Source: Candidatus Moraniibacteriota bacterium
GTDB lineage: Bacteria > Patescibacteriota > Minisyncoccia > Moranbacterales > UBA1568
Assembly: GCA_963743885.1 (NCBI GenBank)
Contig: CAVURJ010000002.1
Coordinates: 36,721-100,720 of the forward strand
Length of the DNA stretch: 64,000 nt
Reading direction: 5' to 3'
A program made the translations under genes and the position numbers. Below the pieces are notes generated by a model. The model saw only the letters and a list, made by a program, of their open reading frames with translations, was not told the origin of the DNA and ran no database searches. The stretch's first letter is position 1. Every line of letters begins with the position of its first letter. This document shows positions 39,299 through 53,600 of the stretch, piece by piece.

Positions 39299-39721
39299 GA
39301 ATCAAGAATTGAGAATCATGAATCAAGATAAGAAGACAATCAAATCATTTACGGACCTTGAAGCATGGAAAGAAGGGCACAAGCTTGTTATTCTTGTATA
39401 TAAGGAAACAGAATCATTTCCGCAGAAAGAGATTTTTGCACTGACGAATCAGATGAGGAGATGTGTCGTTTCTATAACATCGAACATCGCAGAGGGTTTT
39501 AGTAGACAATCATACAAAGAAAAAGTGCAGTTTTATTCTATGGCCCTTGGGTCGTTGACTGAATTGCAGAATCAGTTGCTTATTGCGAGAGACGTCGGAT
39601 TTTTGAATAAGGAGAAGTTTAAGCAATTGGCTGATCAGAGCGTTGTTGCACATAAGATTTTGGGTGGATTAGTAAAAAAGTCGAAGGCATATCGCGATTC
39701 TTGATTTTCAATTCTTGATTC
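39299..39721 (+). mobile_element. Putative cassette: four-helix-bundle gene between 31-bp inverted heptamer arms
   Basis: Arms 39299-39329 and 39691-39721 match at 27 of 31 positions as inverted repeats; the unit separates parA from parB. Confidence 0.6.
39318..39704 (+). CDS. Four helix bundle protein (23S rRNA IVS protein / Avd-like family)
   Basis: SFTDLEAW, FP..E.FALTNQMRR..VSITSNIAEG and A.GSL.EL..QL..A. Confidence 0.93.
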   Translation: MNQDKKTIKSFTDLEAWKEGHKLVILVYKETESFPQKEIFALTNQMRRCVVSITSNIAEGFSRQSYKEKVQFYSMALGSLTELQNQLLIARDVGFLNKEKFKQLADQSVVAHKILGGLVKKSKAYRDS

Positions 39722-39730
39722 TTGTATCTT

Positions 39731-40732
39731 ATGGCATCACAGCAATATGGGCTTGGCAGGGGATTGGCATCGCTCATTCCTCCGAAGAAAAATAACGAGG
39801 TGGTCAAGGCAGCACCGTTCCGGATAGAGCCGGTTTCGAGGCCGGCTGCAGCAGCTTTTCCTGATGAGAGTGCTGCTGCACCGGCTGCCGCTCCAACCGT
39901 TGCGGCATCTGTTGCTCCGGTTGCCTCTATGTCCGCTTCCGTTCCGGCTGCAGCGCAGTCTTCGTCGCGCGAGGTGCCGATTGGCGATATCGTGCCCAAC
40001 CCACACCAGCCGCGGCTCCATTTCGATGAGGCTAAGCTTGAGGAGCTTGCACAGTCCATCCGCGAGCACGGCATCCTCCAGCCGCTCGTCGTGAGCCCGC
40101 TTGAGGGCGGGAAATATGAGTTGATTGCTGGAGAGCGCCGTCTCCAAGCATCGAAGCGCGTCGGCCTTGTGATGGTCCCTGTCGTCGTGAAGGACGCCTC
40201 GGAACAGGAGAAGCTCGAGTTGGCGATTATTGAGAATATCCAGCGTCATAACCTCAACCCAATCGAAGAGGCAAAGGCATATCTCCGGCTGGTCGATGAG
40301 TTCGGTTTGCCGCAGGACGCGGTGGCCAAGAAGATGAGCAAGAGTCGGAGTGCGGTATCGAATACGATGCGGTTGCTCCATCTGCCGATCGAGATCCAGC
40401 GTGCTGTCGCGGAAGGGAAGATCAGTGAAGGCCATGCTAAGGCGCTTTTGGCTATCGAGAATCCTGAGAAGCAGCGGGCGATTTTTGATCTCATCATCAA
40501 GGAAGAGCTGACGGTCCGTGAGACAGAGACCAGAGTGCGGAGCATCTCAGTGAAGCCGCACGTGAGGAGCGCGGCGCCGATCAATCCGGATATCTTGTCG
40601 CGCGCGGAGCATCTGACGCAGGCGCTCGGTACCAAGGTGAAAATCGCTCCGTCCGGAAAGGGTGGTAGGGTTGTCATTGAGTATTATTCCCAGGAAGACC
40701 TGGATAATCTTTTCAAGCGTTTGGAAGAGTAG
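39731..40732 (+). CDS. parB: Chromosome partitioning protein ParB/Spo0J
   Basis: GLGRGLASLI, PNPHQPR, LIAGERR and ENIQR.NLNPIEEA. Confidence 0.97.
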   Translation: MASQQYGLGRGLASLIPPKKNNEVVKAAPFRIEPVSRPAAAAFPDESAAAPAAAPTVAASVAPVASMSASVPAAAQSSSREVPIGDIVPNPHQPRLHFDEAKLEELAQSIREHGILQPLVVSPLEGGKYELIAGERRLQASKRVGLVMVPVVVKDASEQEKLELAIIENIQRHNLNPIEEAKAYLRLVDEFGLPQDAVAKKMSKSRSAVSNTMRLLHLPIEIQRAVAEGKISEGHAKALLAIENPEKQRAIFDLIIKEELTVRETETRVRSISVKPHVRSAAPINPDILSRAEHLTQALGTKVKIAPSGKGGRVVIEYYSQEDLDNLFKRLEE

Positions 40733-40885
40733 GTCATCTTGAAAGACATCAAAATATTATATGTGAATAACCCGGGATATTCCACCGGGTTTTTGCTTTG
40801 GGAAAGGGATTCTTTGTGGTATACTAAATAAGATTACAAGAAGAGTAACATCTTCTTTTTTTAGGCTTATATAAGCCTCAAAAAT

Positions 40886-41593
40886 ATGGCAGAAGAAGGA
40901 ACATCACCCATGCTTTCTGGGAGTATTGCGGAAGCCTATAGTGGACCGCGTCGGTCGAATAGGTTGTTCGTCTTTTTGACGATCTTTACGGTCATACTGC
41001 TTGCTGTAGCAGGGTATTTTCTTTATGGGCGATATTTTGTTCCTGAGACGGAGGATACACCACAAACTGAGGCTAATCTTCCTGCTCCGACAACGGAGAC
41101 TGCGTCACCGAGGACGGTTTCGGAGCCCGTACCACTTCTTTCGGATGCAAATTATCAGAGCGAGAATTTCCGTGTCGGAGAGATCGCTATCGGCGGTGAA
41201 GCAGAGTTCATTTTGGCGGAGGATACGCCGGATCCTATCGCGGTAAGTGGCATCCGTGGCGAGGCCTTTACTGAGAAGAACCGGCCAGAGGTCAAGTTGG
41301 TGCTTTCTTGGAAGACGAACAAGTTGGCCCGGTCAGAAGTCGCTTATTCCAAGGGGGTTGGACAACCCGAAAAGACAGTGGTCGAGGATGATTACAGCTT
41401 CAACCATAGCGTCGTCATACCCGGTCTTGACCAGGCGTCGACGTATGTGTATTTCATCACCGCGTATGACCGTTTCGGGGGCGAAACGAAGAGTGAATCG
41501 CACGCGGTTTATACCGGTTCGAAGTCCGTCTCACTGTTCGATTTGATCGCGGGTGCGGTAGGTGATGTTTTTGGCTGGGCTGTCAAAAAATAG
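40886..41593 (+). CDS. Single-TM protein with a C-terminal FN3-like domain
   Basis: TM; LSWKTN...S.V.Y...NHSVVIPGL...STY.Y.I.A.D..G. Confidence 0.75.
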   Translation: MAEEGTSPMLSGSIAEAYSGPRRSNRLFVFLTIFTVILLAVAGYFLYGRYFVPETEDTPQTEANLPAPTTETASPRTVSEPVPLLSDANYQSENFRVGEIAIGGEAEFILAEDTPDPIAVSGIRGEAFTEKNRPEVKLVLSWKTNKLARSEVAYSKGVGQPEKTVVEDDYSFNHSVVIPGLDQASTYVYFITAYDRFGGETKSESHAVYTGSKSVSLFDLIAGAVGDVFGWAVKK

Positions 41594-41653
41594 GGGTATT
41601 TGACAAGCGAAAAATGTGCTATAATTCGTAGGTGAATCTGGTGCCGAGTTTGG

Positions 41654-44600
41654 GTGAAAGACATGCTGTCATATGTAAGAAATAAAAACCGAAAATCATT
41701 TGCTAAACTCCTGTTCTCCGCGATAGCGGTGGGGGTCATCTGTCTAGGGTGGTACAACATACGACCTGTTTTTGCGCAGTTTGTCGACGCACAGTCAATC
41801 CAGAGAATTGGCTTGTCTGCGTCACTTTTCAACTCTGAGAACCGTATTATCACGAACGGGACCTATGAGGTTCGCTTCGCGATTTACTCCAAGGACCGTG
41901 CGGAAAGTGATGTGTATCCGTCCAATGCCGACGCTGGCAGCCGGCTCTGGGAGGAGACACAGACGGTTTCGGTGAAGAACGGCGTCTTCCGTGTTTTCCT
42001 CGGCTCGGCCAATCCGCTGCCGGAATCGCTCACGTTCAACGAGGGGGATTACTATGTCGGCATGCGGATCGGGACTGATTCTGAGATGGTGCCGCGCAAG
42101 CGTCTCGGATCAGTGCCGCGTGCTATCAACTCGCAGTACCTCGGAGGGAAGCAGGTTGGCACGGGTGCCGGCGATATCCTCACGCTCGGCAACAAGGGTA
42201 AGATCGATATCAAGCAGCTTCCGACCGGGACGGGTTCGAAGCAGCTTGTGCTCGGCAATGATTCCCGCCTCCAGGATTCACACCAACAGAATTCGGATAT
42301 CGGAACTGACTCGACCGTCTTCACGATTGGTGACGGCGCATCGCTCGCAGACAATTTCTTGCTTAACGTTTCTTCAGCCAGCAATACGCCGGCTATCCGT
42401 TTCAATGGATCGACGGGAGCATGGCAGTTTTCGAATGATGGGACGACGTTTGCGGATATTTCCTCCGGCTCAAGCGGAACCTACCTGCCACTTGCTGGCG
42501 GAACGATGACGGGTGCAATCGTTTTCGCTCCGGCACAATCGTTTGCGGACCTGATTAGTCTTGGCGCGGATACAGTCGGGAATTATCTAGCATCTGTTTC
42601 CGGCGGGAATGGCATCGTGGTTTCTGGTTCTGGTTCTGAAGGAGCAACGCCGACGGTATCGCTCAGTCTGCTTGGTTCGGCCGATGGTACCGGGGCTGCT
42701 TCTTCCAACTCCGGTCTTGAATTCCAGGGAGTGGGGTTGAGTGAGCTTACGCTGCTCCAAGGTTGTTCAAATGGGCAGGGGCTCTCATGGAATGATACGA
42801 CGAATGTTTGGGAATGCACGAGCTTTTCTGCTGGGTTGGCAGGAAGCGGGACGGCTGGGTATGCGACGTATTGGAGCGGAGCGAGTTCGCTCGGTTCGGA
42901 GCAGTATCTTTCCTCAGTCCGTGGTGGCACTGGTCTTGATGCATCGGCTGCCAGCAACGGGTCGTTGCTCATTGGCAATGGCTCCGGGTTTACCTTGAAT
43001 ACATTGGCAGGATCGGGGGGTGTGACAGTGACTAATGCTGTCGGGATAATTACTCTTGGTCTTGATGCATTGACATCTGGCACTACGGCGACGACCTATT
43101 CCAATTCCGGTCTTGAGACGACTGCGGACGGTATCAGATTGCTCGGTGGCTGTAACGATGAACAGGTGCTCGCGTGGAACGCTACTCTTGAACGATGGGT
43201 ATGTTCCAACAAGACTGGTGGCACCAGCGATTGGACGAGCACTGGTTCGTACACATATCTGACCGATGCTACGGACGACCTGGTCATCGGCGGCGCGACG
43301 ACGGATGCAGGATTTTTCTTTGATGTTTCTGCTGGGACACTTGCCTTCGAAGGGACGACAGCTGACACATATGAGACGGCCATCGGCGTAATCGATCCGA
43401 CGGCTGATAATACTATCAATTTCCCCAATGTCTCTGGTACCGTTATCACCACCGGCAACCTTTCGAGCATCACTGCTACCGGCACCATCGCTTCCGGCAC
43501 GTGGAATGGCACGACGATCGATGTAGCGCACGGCGGTACGGGCGCTGCCACTTTGAGTGATCTCATCACTCTCGGCACTCATACCGTCGGCAGCTACGTT
43601 TCGACCATCGCTGCCGGCAACGGCATCTCGACCACCGGCGCTTCCTCTGGCGAGACTATCGCTCACACGCTGTCTCTCAAGCTCCTCATCTTAGCCGACA
43701 GCACTGGCGGCACCTCATCCAATTCTGGTCTTGAATTCCAAGGAGTTGGATCGGATTCCTTAGCATTGCTCCAGGGTTGCTCGAACGGGCAGGTCCTTTC
43801 CTGGAATGAAACGACGAGCGTCTGGGAGTGCAATTCTGTTTCTGGCATGGGTGGTGTCACGGGCTCAGCTACTTCTGGTCAGGTTGCCTACTGGGACAGC
43901 TCCTCTTCCATTGCTGGCGAGAACCAGCTTGCTGTTTCGAGAGGTGGTACGGGTATAGGCTCGTACACGATTGGCGATCTCCTCTACGCTTCCGGTGCCA
44001 CGACACTTTCCAGACTTGCTGATGTTGCGACGGGCAATGTACTCATCTCTGGCGGCCTCGGTATCGCGCCATCGTGGGGCAAAGTCGATTTGACGAGCCA
44101 TGTCACTGGCACGCTTCCAGTCGCGAATGGCGGCACTGGAGCTACTTCGCTGAATGATCTCATCACGCTTTCGACGCACACTACCGGCAACTACGTTGCG
44201 AGTGTCTCGAACGGCTCCGGTATCACAGGTGGCAGTGCTGGATCAGAAGGTGCAGCACTTACCCTCGCGATTGATCTCCTTGATTCAGCCGATGGCACTG
44301 GTTCCACATCGTCCAACTCCGGCCTCGAATTCCAGGGTGCAGGATCGAACGAGCTCACCCTCATCCAGGGCTGCTCAAACAACCAGATGCTTCTTTGGAA
44401 CGACACGACCTCCACCTGGTATTGTGGATCGGTTTCAGGTGCCGGCGGTATCGATGGTACTGGCACTGCCGGTTACAGCGCCTATTGGACTGATGTTGAT
44501 ACGCTGGCGAACGAGCAGTATGTCTCGGTTGCGAGGGGAGGGACAGGTCTTTCTGGATCGACCGCCGCGAACGGTACGCTCCTTATCGGCACCGGTACCG

Positions 44601-47600
44601 GGTATGCGCTGGCGACGCTCACGCAGGGTGCGGGCATGACTATTACCAATGGATCTGGCACTATTTCGCTTGCGACGACGCTCGGCGCTTCCGTTGATCT
44701 AGCGACTGAAATCACTGGTACTTTGCCGATTGGCAATGGTGGTACTGGGGTGGCGCTGACTGATCCGAATGCTGATCGTATCATGTTCTGGGATGATTCG
44801 GCGGGCGTGGTTGCTTTTCTGACGCCGGCGGCGAATCTCTCGATCTCCGGGACAACGATCGATCTCGCAGCGTCTGTTCAGCTCGGTGCTGATGGCACGG
44901 ACGGCGTGTTTGCGCTCTACTCTGAGCAGGGCGTGACGGACTACATGACAACCTTCCAGCCCGGCACCCAGACGCAGAATGTCACATACACGCTGCCGAA
45001 CGATGACGGCGCTTCCGGCCAGGTGCTTGTCACCAATGGTACTGGTACGCTTTCGTGGTCGAGTGTTTCCGGTGCGGGTGGTGTGACCGGTACGGGGACA
45101 ACAAACTATGTCGCGTATTGGGATAGCCCGAGCTCAATCGCGGCGGAGCAGTATCTGTCGCTCTCGCGGGGTGGTACGGGGACATCGCTCACCGATCCGA
45201 ATGCTGATCAGATCATGTTCTGGGATGATTCAGCAGGCAATGTCGCATTCCTTGCGCCATCTTCGAACCTTTCGATTTCAGGAACGGGTGTTGATCTCGC
45301 ATCCGCGGTCACGATTGGAAGTTCTTTGCAACTCGGCCAGAATGGCACCGATGGCACATTGACACTCTTCTCCGAGCAGGGCGCGACTGATTATACGACG
45401 GTGTTTCAGCCCGGCACCCAGACGCAGAATGTCACATACACGCTGCCGAACGATGACGGCGCTTCCGGCCAGGTGCTTGTCACCAATGGTACTGGTACGC
45501 TTTCGTGGTCGAGTGTTTCCGGTGCGGGTGGTGTGACCGGTACGGGGACAACAAACTATGTCGCGTACTGGGATAGCCCGAGCTCAATCGCGGCGGAGCA
45601 GTATCTGTCGCCTACGCGTGGTGGTACCGGCGTGGGCACATTCACGCCGAATGGCGTTCTCTACGGCAACGGCACCGGAGCTGTCCAGGTGACGGCAGCA
45701 GGTACTTCGGCGCAGCTTCTTCTTGCGAACGGTTCCGGTGTCCCGACGTTTGTCTCGATGTCGAGCGATGCCACCATTACGAATGCTGGCGTTCTTACGA
45801 TTGCGGCTGATGCGGTTGCTCTCGGCGGAGATACCACTGGCAACTACGTCGCCTCTGTCTCTACTTCCGCGACGACCGGGCTGACGGGCGGATCGGCTGG
45901 CAGCGAAAGTGCCGCGCTTTCGCTCGCATTCGATTATACGAGCACACTCGTCGGCAATCCGAGTCTCGCTGCAGGTAGTGCCGTCTTTGGTACGACCGGT
46001 CTCATCTTCGAGGGTACGACAGCAGATGCTTTTGAGGGCCTCCTGACATTGATCGATCCGACTACTGACAATACTTGGACGCTACCGAATGTTTCGGGAA
46101 CAGTCATTACGACTGGTAATCTCTCCTCTATTACCGCTACTGGCACGATCGCTTCTGGTACGTGGAACGGTACAGTCATCGGTGCCCAGTACGGCGGCAC
46201 CGGCGCAGCGACGCTCACGCCGAATGGCGTTCTCTACGGCAACGGCACCGGAGCTGTCCAGGTGACGGCAGCAGGTACTTCGGCGCAGCTTCTTCTTGCG
46301 AACGGTTCCGGTGTCCCGACGTTTGTCTCGATGTCGAGCGATGCCACCATTACGAATGCTGGCGTTCTTACGATTGCGGCTGATGCGGTTGCTCTCGGCG
46401 GAGATACCACTGGCAACTACGTCGCCTCTGTCTCGAATGGCTCCGGCATCACGGGCGGCAGCGTCGGATCGGAAGGCGCAGCGCTGACTCTCGCAATCGA
46501 CCTCCTCGACTCGGCCGATGGCGCCGGTTCTACTAGCTCTAACTCCGGACTCGAGTTCCAGGGGGCTGGTTCCAACGAGCTCGGGCTTCTCCAAGGTTGT
46601 GCGAACAATGAGGTTCTTTCTTGGAACGACACGACTTCCGTCTGGCAGTGTGCTTCCGTTTCTGGTGTCGGTGGCGTCACAGGATCTGGTGTCTCCGGCC
46701 AGGTGGCCTACTGGGATGGCACCTCGTCCATCGCCGGAGAGAACCAGCTCAGCGTTTCACGAGGCGGCACAGGTCTCGGCACCTACGTCATCGGCGATAT
46801 CCTCTACGCTTCCGGCGCAGCCGCTCTTTCGCGATTGGCGGATGTCGCGACGGGCAATGTGCTCATCTCTGGCGGTGTCGGCATTGCTCCATCCTGGGGC
46901 AAAGTCGACCTGATGAGTCATGTCACAGGCACTCTCTCAGTTGCAAATGGCGGCACGGGCGCCACGACGCTTGCTGACCTCATCACCCTCAGCACCCACA
47001 CCACCGGCAACTACGTCGCCTCTGTCTCAAACGGCTCCGGTATCACGGGCGGCAGCGCCGGATCGGAAGGGGCGGCGCTCACGCTCGCGCTCGGTGCCCT
47101 GACGGCGGACTGGAACCAGACCGGAGCCTTCGACATCGCGCTCGGCAACGCCTCGTCTGAGCTCAAGATCATGGAATCGACCGGAGCCACCTACTACGGC
47201 ATCTTCGACGTGGGGGATCTGAGCGCTGATCGGACGCTGACGGTGCCGAATGTTTCTGGTGTTATCGCGACCGTCGATGGTGCTCAGACCTTTACCTCTG
47301 CGACGTGGAACGGTACAGTCATCGGTGCCCAGTACGGCGGCACCGGCGCAGCGACGCTCACGCCGAATGGCGTTCTCTACGGCAACGGCACCGGAGCTGT
47401 CCAGGTGACGGCAGCAGGTACTTCGGCGCAGCTTCTTCTTGCGAACGGTTCCGGTGTCCCGACGTTTGTCTCGATGTCGAGCGATGCCACCATTACGAAT
47501 GCTGGCGTTCTTACGATTGCGGCTGATGCGGTTGCTCTCGGCGGAGATACCACTGGCAACTACGTCGCCTCTGTCTCGAATGGCTCCGGCATCACGGGCG

Positions 47601-50600
47601 GCAGCGTCGGATCGGAAGGCGCAGCGCTGACTCTCGCAATCGACCTCCTCGACTCGGCCGATGGCGCCGGTTCTACTAGCTCTAACTCCGGACTCGAGTT
47701 CCAGGGGGCATCGAGTAATGAACTGACACTTCTTCAAGGTTGTTCTGATAACAATGTGTTGGCGTGGCAAGATGCATCCAATTCTTGGATCTGCACGAGC
47801 GTCGGTGGCGTGGGTGCTGGTGATATCACTGCCGTAGGCGACGCGACTACCGGTGATGCATTCACAGCTGCTGGCACCTCTGGTACATCGCTCTATTTCT
47901 ATGATGCTGATGGCCGCGGCCAGTTGACGATTGCCAATCTGACAGCTGCGCGGACGTACACGCTCCCGAATGTCTCGGGTACTATCATCACGACCGGCGA
48001 TACCGGATCTGTCACGAGTACGATGCTTGCTGACTCAACCATCGCCGAAGCCGACCTCAGCGTCACCAACGCTGCGACTGCTGGCTACATCCTCTCCTAC
48101 GATGCAGGAGGTGGCTTCACCTGGATCGCCAACACTGGCGGCACCGGATCAAGCAAGTGGACCGACTCCGGCACCATCACGTACCTGACCAGTACGACCG
48201 ATGACGTCGCCTTGGGTGGTTCAACCAGCACGGCTTCCCGCTTCTTCTTCGATGTCACTACGGGGAACCAGATCATCTTCGAAGGTACCGGTGCTGATGA
48301 TGCCAACGAATCGACATTGGTCATCGCCAATCCAACAGCAGACAACACACTCACCATCCCGAACATCACTGGTACCTTCGTCACCACTGGCGATACTGCT
48401 TCCGTCACAGGTACGATGATCACCAACGATACGGTTGTCCTTACGACTGATACCGCTGGTAACTACGTCGCCTCTGTTTCAAACGGCTCCGGTATCACCG
48501 GTGGCAACGGGGGATCGGAAGGGGCGGCGCTCACGCTCGCGCTCGGTGCCCTGACGGCGGACTGGAACCAGACCGGAGCCTTCGACATCGCGCTCAACAA
48601 CGCCTCATCTGAGCTTAAGATCATGGAATCGACCGGCGCTACCTACTACGGCATCTTCGATGTTGGCGATCTCTCATCCGACCAGACCTACTCTTTCACG
48701 ACGGGCGGCACCGTCTGGACTTCAGGCAATGACGGTACCGGTTCGACCCTCGATGCCGATACCCTCGATGGGCATAGCGCTACCTACTTCCAGACCGTTC
48801 TCGCCAACCCGGTGACCGGTACGGGCACTAATGGTTACAATGCCTACTGGAACGGCACCGGCATGCTTGGAAGCGAGCAGTATGTCGCCACCTCGAGGGG
48901 AGGCACCGGTGTTAATGGCTCCGCTGCCGCGAACGGCGCCCTCCTGATCGGCAACAGCACCGGTTACAGTCTCGCGACCCTGACTCAAGGGTCTGGCGTA
49001 ACCATCACCAACGGATCGGGCACCATCACCATCGCGAGCACGCTCGGTACGTCTGTCGACCTCGCGAGCGAAGTGACGGGCACCCTCCCGGTTGCGAACG
49101 GCGGCACCGGCGCCACGACGCTCGCTGACCTCATCACGCTTTCGACGCACACCACCGGCAACTACGTCGCAAGTATCACCAACGGTTCCGGCATCACAGG
49201 TGGCAACGGGGGATCGGAAGGAGCCGCGCTCACTCTCGCTCTCTCGGCGCTTACGGCTGACTGGAACCAGACCGGTGCCTTCGATATCGCGCTCAACAAC
49301 GCCTCATCTGAGCTTAAGATCATGGAATCGACCGGCGCTACCTACTACGGCATCTTCGATGTCGGGGATCTCGCTTCTGACCAGACCTACTCTTTCACGA
49401 CGGGCGGCACCGTCTGGACTTCAGGCAATGACGGCTCAGGCTCGACCTTGGATGCGGATACCTTGGATGGTATCTCATCTGCTTCCTTCGTCCAGACGAG
49501 CGGACTGCTCTTCACTGCGGCCGGCACTTCGGGCAGTAGCCAATCCATCAACCAGGGCGATACACTCACCATCGCGGCTGGCACCGGCATCACAACGACG
49601 GGTGGAGTGACGGATACCATCACCATCGCGAGCACGCTCGGTACGGATATCTCTTCTTCTGAGATTGTTGATGGCACGATCGCGGAAGCTGATCTCAATG
49701 CGACAAATAGTCCGACAGCGGGATATGCACTTATCTATGACGTCGGTGGCGGTTTCACATGGGCGGATACGGGAGGTATGGGCAATTCCAAATGGACCGA
49801 TGCCGGGACGTTCACGTATCTCTCTGGGACTGCAGACAATATCGTAGTCGGTGCATCTACGGAGTCTGGAGCCGCTTTTGAGGTCGATACGGTGAACACT
49901 ACAATCAAGTTGAAAGAGGGCGGTACAACCCCGACGTATTTCGGCATCTTCGATGTTGGCGATCTCTCATCCGACCAGACCTACTCTTTCACGACGGGCG
50001 GCACCGTCTGGACTTCAGGCAATGACGGCTCAGGCTCGACCTTGGATGCGGATACCTTGGATGGTATCTCATCTGCTTCCTTCGTCCAGACGAGCGGACT
50101 GCTCTTCACTGCGGCCGGCACTTCGGGCAGTAGCCAATCCATCAACCAGGGCGATACACTCACCATCGCGGCCGGTACTGGCATTACGACGACGGGTGGA
50201 GCGACGGATACCATTACCATCGCCTCGACTTTGGGTACGTCTGTCGATCTCGCGAGCGAAGTGACAGGTACGCTTCCGGTTGCAAATGGCGGCACGGGCG
50301 CCACGACGCTTGCTGACCTCATCACCCTCAGCACCCACACCACCGGCAACTACGTCGCAAGTGTTTCGAATGGCTCCGGTATCACGGGTGGTAGCGCTGG
50401 ATCGGAAGGGGCGGCGCTCACGCTCGCGCTCGGTGCCCTGACGGCGGACTGGAACCAGACCGGAGCCTTCGACATCGCGCTCAACAACGCCTCATCTGAA
50501 CTCAAGATTCTTGGCTCAGCCGGCACCTACTACGGCATCTTTGATGTGGGAGCGCTTGGATCTGACCAGACCTACTCTTTCACGACGGGCGGCACCGTCT

Positions 50601-53600
50601 GGACTTCAGGCAATGACGGCTCAGGCTCGACCTTGGATGCGGATACACTTGATGGCCACGATACTGCCTACTTCCAGACCGCACTTACCAACCCGGTGAC
50701 CGGTACCGGTACCTCTGGCCAGGTGGCCTACTGGGACGGCACTTCGTCCATCGCCGGGGAGAACCAGCTTTCAGCGAGTAGGGGTGGTACCGGTATCAAC
50801 GGAGCCACCGCTGCCAATGGCACCCTCCTCATCGGCAACGGGACAGGCTACACGCTTGCCACTCTTACTGACGGCGCCGGTATCACGGTGACGGAAGGGG
50901 CGGGCACCATTACCATCGCCTCGACTTTGGGTACGTCTGTCGATCTCGCGAGCGAAGTGACAGGTACGCTTCCGGTTGCAAATGGCGGCACGGGCGCCAC
51001 GACGCTTGCTGACCTCATCACCCTCAGCACCCACACCACCGGCAACTACGTCGCAAGTGTTTCGAATGGCTCCGGTATCACGGGTGGTAGCGCTGGATCG
51101 GAAGGGGCGGCGCTCACGCTCGCGCTCGGTGCCCTGACGGCGGACTGGAACCAGACCGGAGCCTTCGACATCGCGCTCAACAACGCCTCATCTGAACTCA
51201 AGATTCTTGGCTCAGCCGGCACCTACTACGGCATCTTTGATGTGGGAGCGCTTGGATCTGACCAGACCTACTCTTTCACGACGGGCGGCACCGTCTGGAC
51301 TTCAGGCAATGACGGCTCAGGCTCGACCTTGGATGCGGATACCTTGGATGGTATCTCATCTGCTTCCTTCGTCCAGACGAGCGGACTGCTCTTCACTGCG
51401 GCCGGCACTTCGGGCAGTAGCCAATCCATCAACCAGGGCGATACACTCACCATCGCGGCCGGTACTGGCATTACGACGACGGGTGGAGCGACGGATACGG
51501 TGACCATCGCAGCCACCCTCGGTACCGACATCGCTTCCTCCGAGATCGTCGACTCAACCATCGCCGAAGCCGACCTCAGCGTCACCAACGCTGCGACTGC
51601 TGGCTACATCCTCTCCTACGATGCAGGAGGTGGCTTCACCTGGATCGCCAACACTGGCGGCACCGGATCAAGCAAGTGGACCGACTCCGGCACCATCACG
51701 TACCTGACCAGTACGACCGATGACGTCGCCTTGGGTGGTTCAACCAGCACGGCTTCCCGCTTCTTCTTCGATGTCACTACGGGGAACCAGATCATCTTCG
51801 AAGGTACCGGTGCTGATGATGCCAACGAATCGACATTGGTCATCGCCAATCCAACAGCAGACAACACACTCACCATCCCGAACATCACTGGTACCTTCGT
51901 CACCACTGGCGATACTGCTTCCGTCACAGGTACGATGATCACCAACGATACGGTTGTCCTTACGACTGATACCGCTGGTAACTACGTCGCCTCTGTTTCA
52001 AACGGCTCCGGTATCACCGGTGGCAACGGGGGATCGGAAGGGGCGGCGCTCACGCTCGCGCTCGGTGCCCTGACGGCGGACTGGAACCAGACCGGAGCCT
52101 TCGACATCGCGCTCAACAATACCTCGTCTGAACTCAAGATTCTTGGCTCAGCCGGCACCTACTACGGCATCTTTGATGTGGGAGCGCTTGGATCTGACCA
52201 GACCTACTCTTTCACGACGGGCGGCACCGTCTGGACTTCAGGTAATGATGGCTCCGGATCGACCCTTGATGCCGACCTCTTGGACGGTCTCTCATCCGCC
52301 TCCTTCGTCCAGACGAGCGGACTGCTCTTCACCGCGGCCGGTACTTCGGGTAGTAGCCAATCCATCAACCAGGGCGATACGCTCACCATCGCGGCCGGTA
52401 CTGGCGTTACGACGACGGGCGGAGCGACGGATACCATTACCATCGCCTCGACTTTGGGCACGTCTGTCGATCTCGCGAGCGAAGTGACGGGTACGCTCCC
52501 GGTTGCAAATGGCGGCACGGGCGCCACGACGCTTGCTGACCTCATCACCCTCAGCACCCACACCACCGGCAACTACGTCGCCTCTGTCTCAAACGGCTCC
52601 GGTATCACGGGTGGTAGCGCTGGATCGGAAGGGGCGGCGCTCACTCTCGCTCTCTCGGCGCTTACGGCTGACTGGAACCAGACCGGTGCCTTCGATATCG
52701 CGCTCAACAACGCCTCATCCGAACTGAAGATTCTCGAGAGTCTCGGCGATACCTACTACGGCATCTTCGATGTTGGCGATCTCTCGGCTGATCGGACACT
52801 GACGGTACCGAATGTTTCTGGTGTTATCGCGACTCTCGATGGAAGCCAGACCTTCACGTCCGCGACGTGGAACGGCACCGCCATCGGTGCCCAGTACGGC
52901 GGCACCGGCCTCAATACGAGCGCTTCGACCGGCGTCCCGACCATTTCCTCTGGCACCTGGAGCGTCGATACCAATTATCTCTCTCTCGCTCACGGCGGTA
53001 CCAATGCTTCTCTCACCGCCAGTAACGGAGGCATCGTTTATTCTACGGCTTCAGCCCTTTCCGTCCTGGCGGCTAATGCCAACTCCGGCCTTGCTCTCGT
53101 CTCAGGCGGTGCCGGTGCTCCGACCTGGTTCGCTCCGACTGTAGGGTCTGTCATCTTCGCTGGTGCGAACGGGGCATTGTCCTCGAGCAATACGCAGTTC
53201 TTCTGGGACAATACGAACAATTACCTCGGTATCGGTGATGCTACCCCGACGAACCAGTTCGATCTCCTCTCATCGTCAGCTGCGCATAATGGCATCATCA
53301 TTACCAATACCAATGCGGGTAACTACAATCCGATCATGCAGTTCGAGTTGACGGAAAATACACCGCTCTTCACGCTCGGCATCGATGATTCCGATTCTGA
53401 CAAGTTCAAGATTACGACCGGATCGGATATTTCCGGGACCAGCCAGTTCACTATAGATTCGTCCGGGACGACCTCGATCGCCAATCTCAATCTTGGCGCG
53501 ACCACGTTCGACGCGGATGCCGGCATCGTATCGTGGATTGACATGCCAGTGACGTCGTCGGCGACGGCTGGAACGGTGGAAAGTTACACTGCCCAACTTG

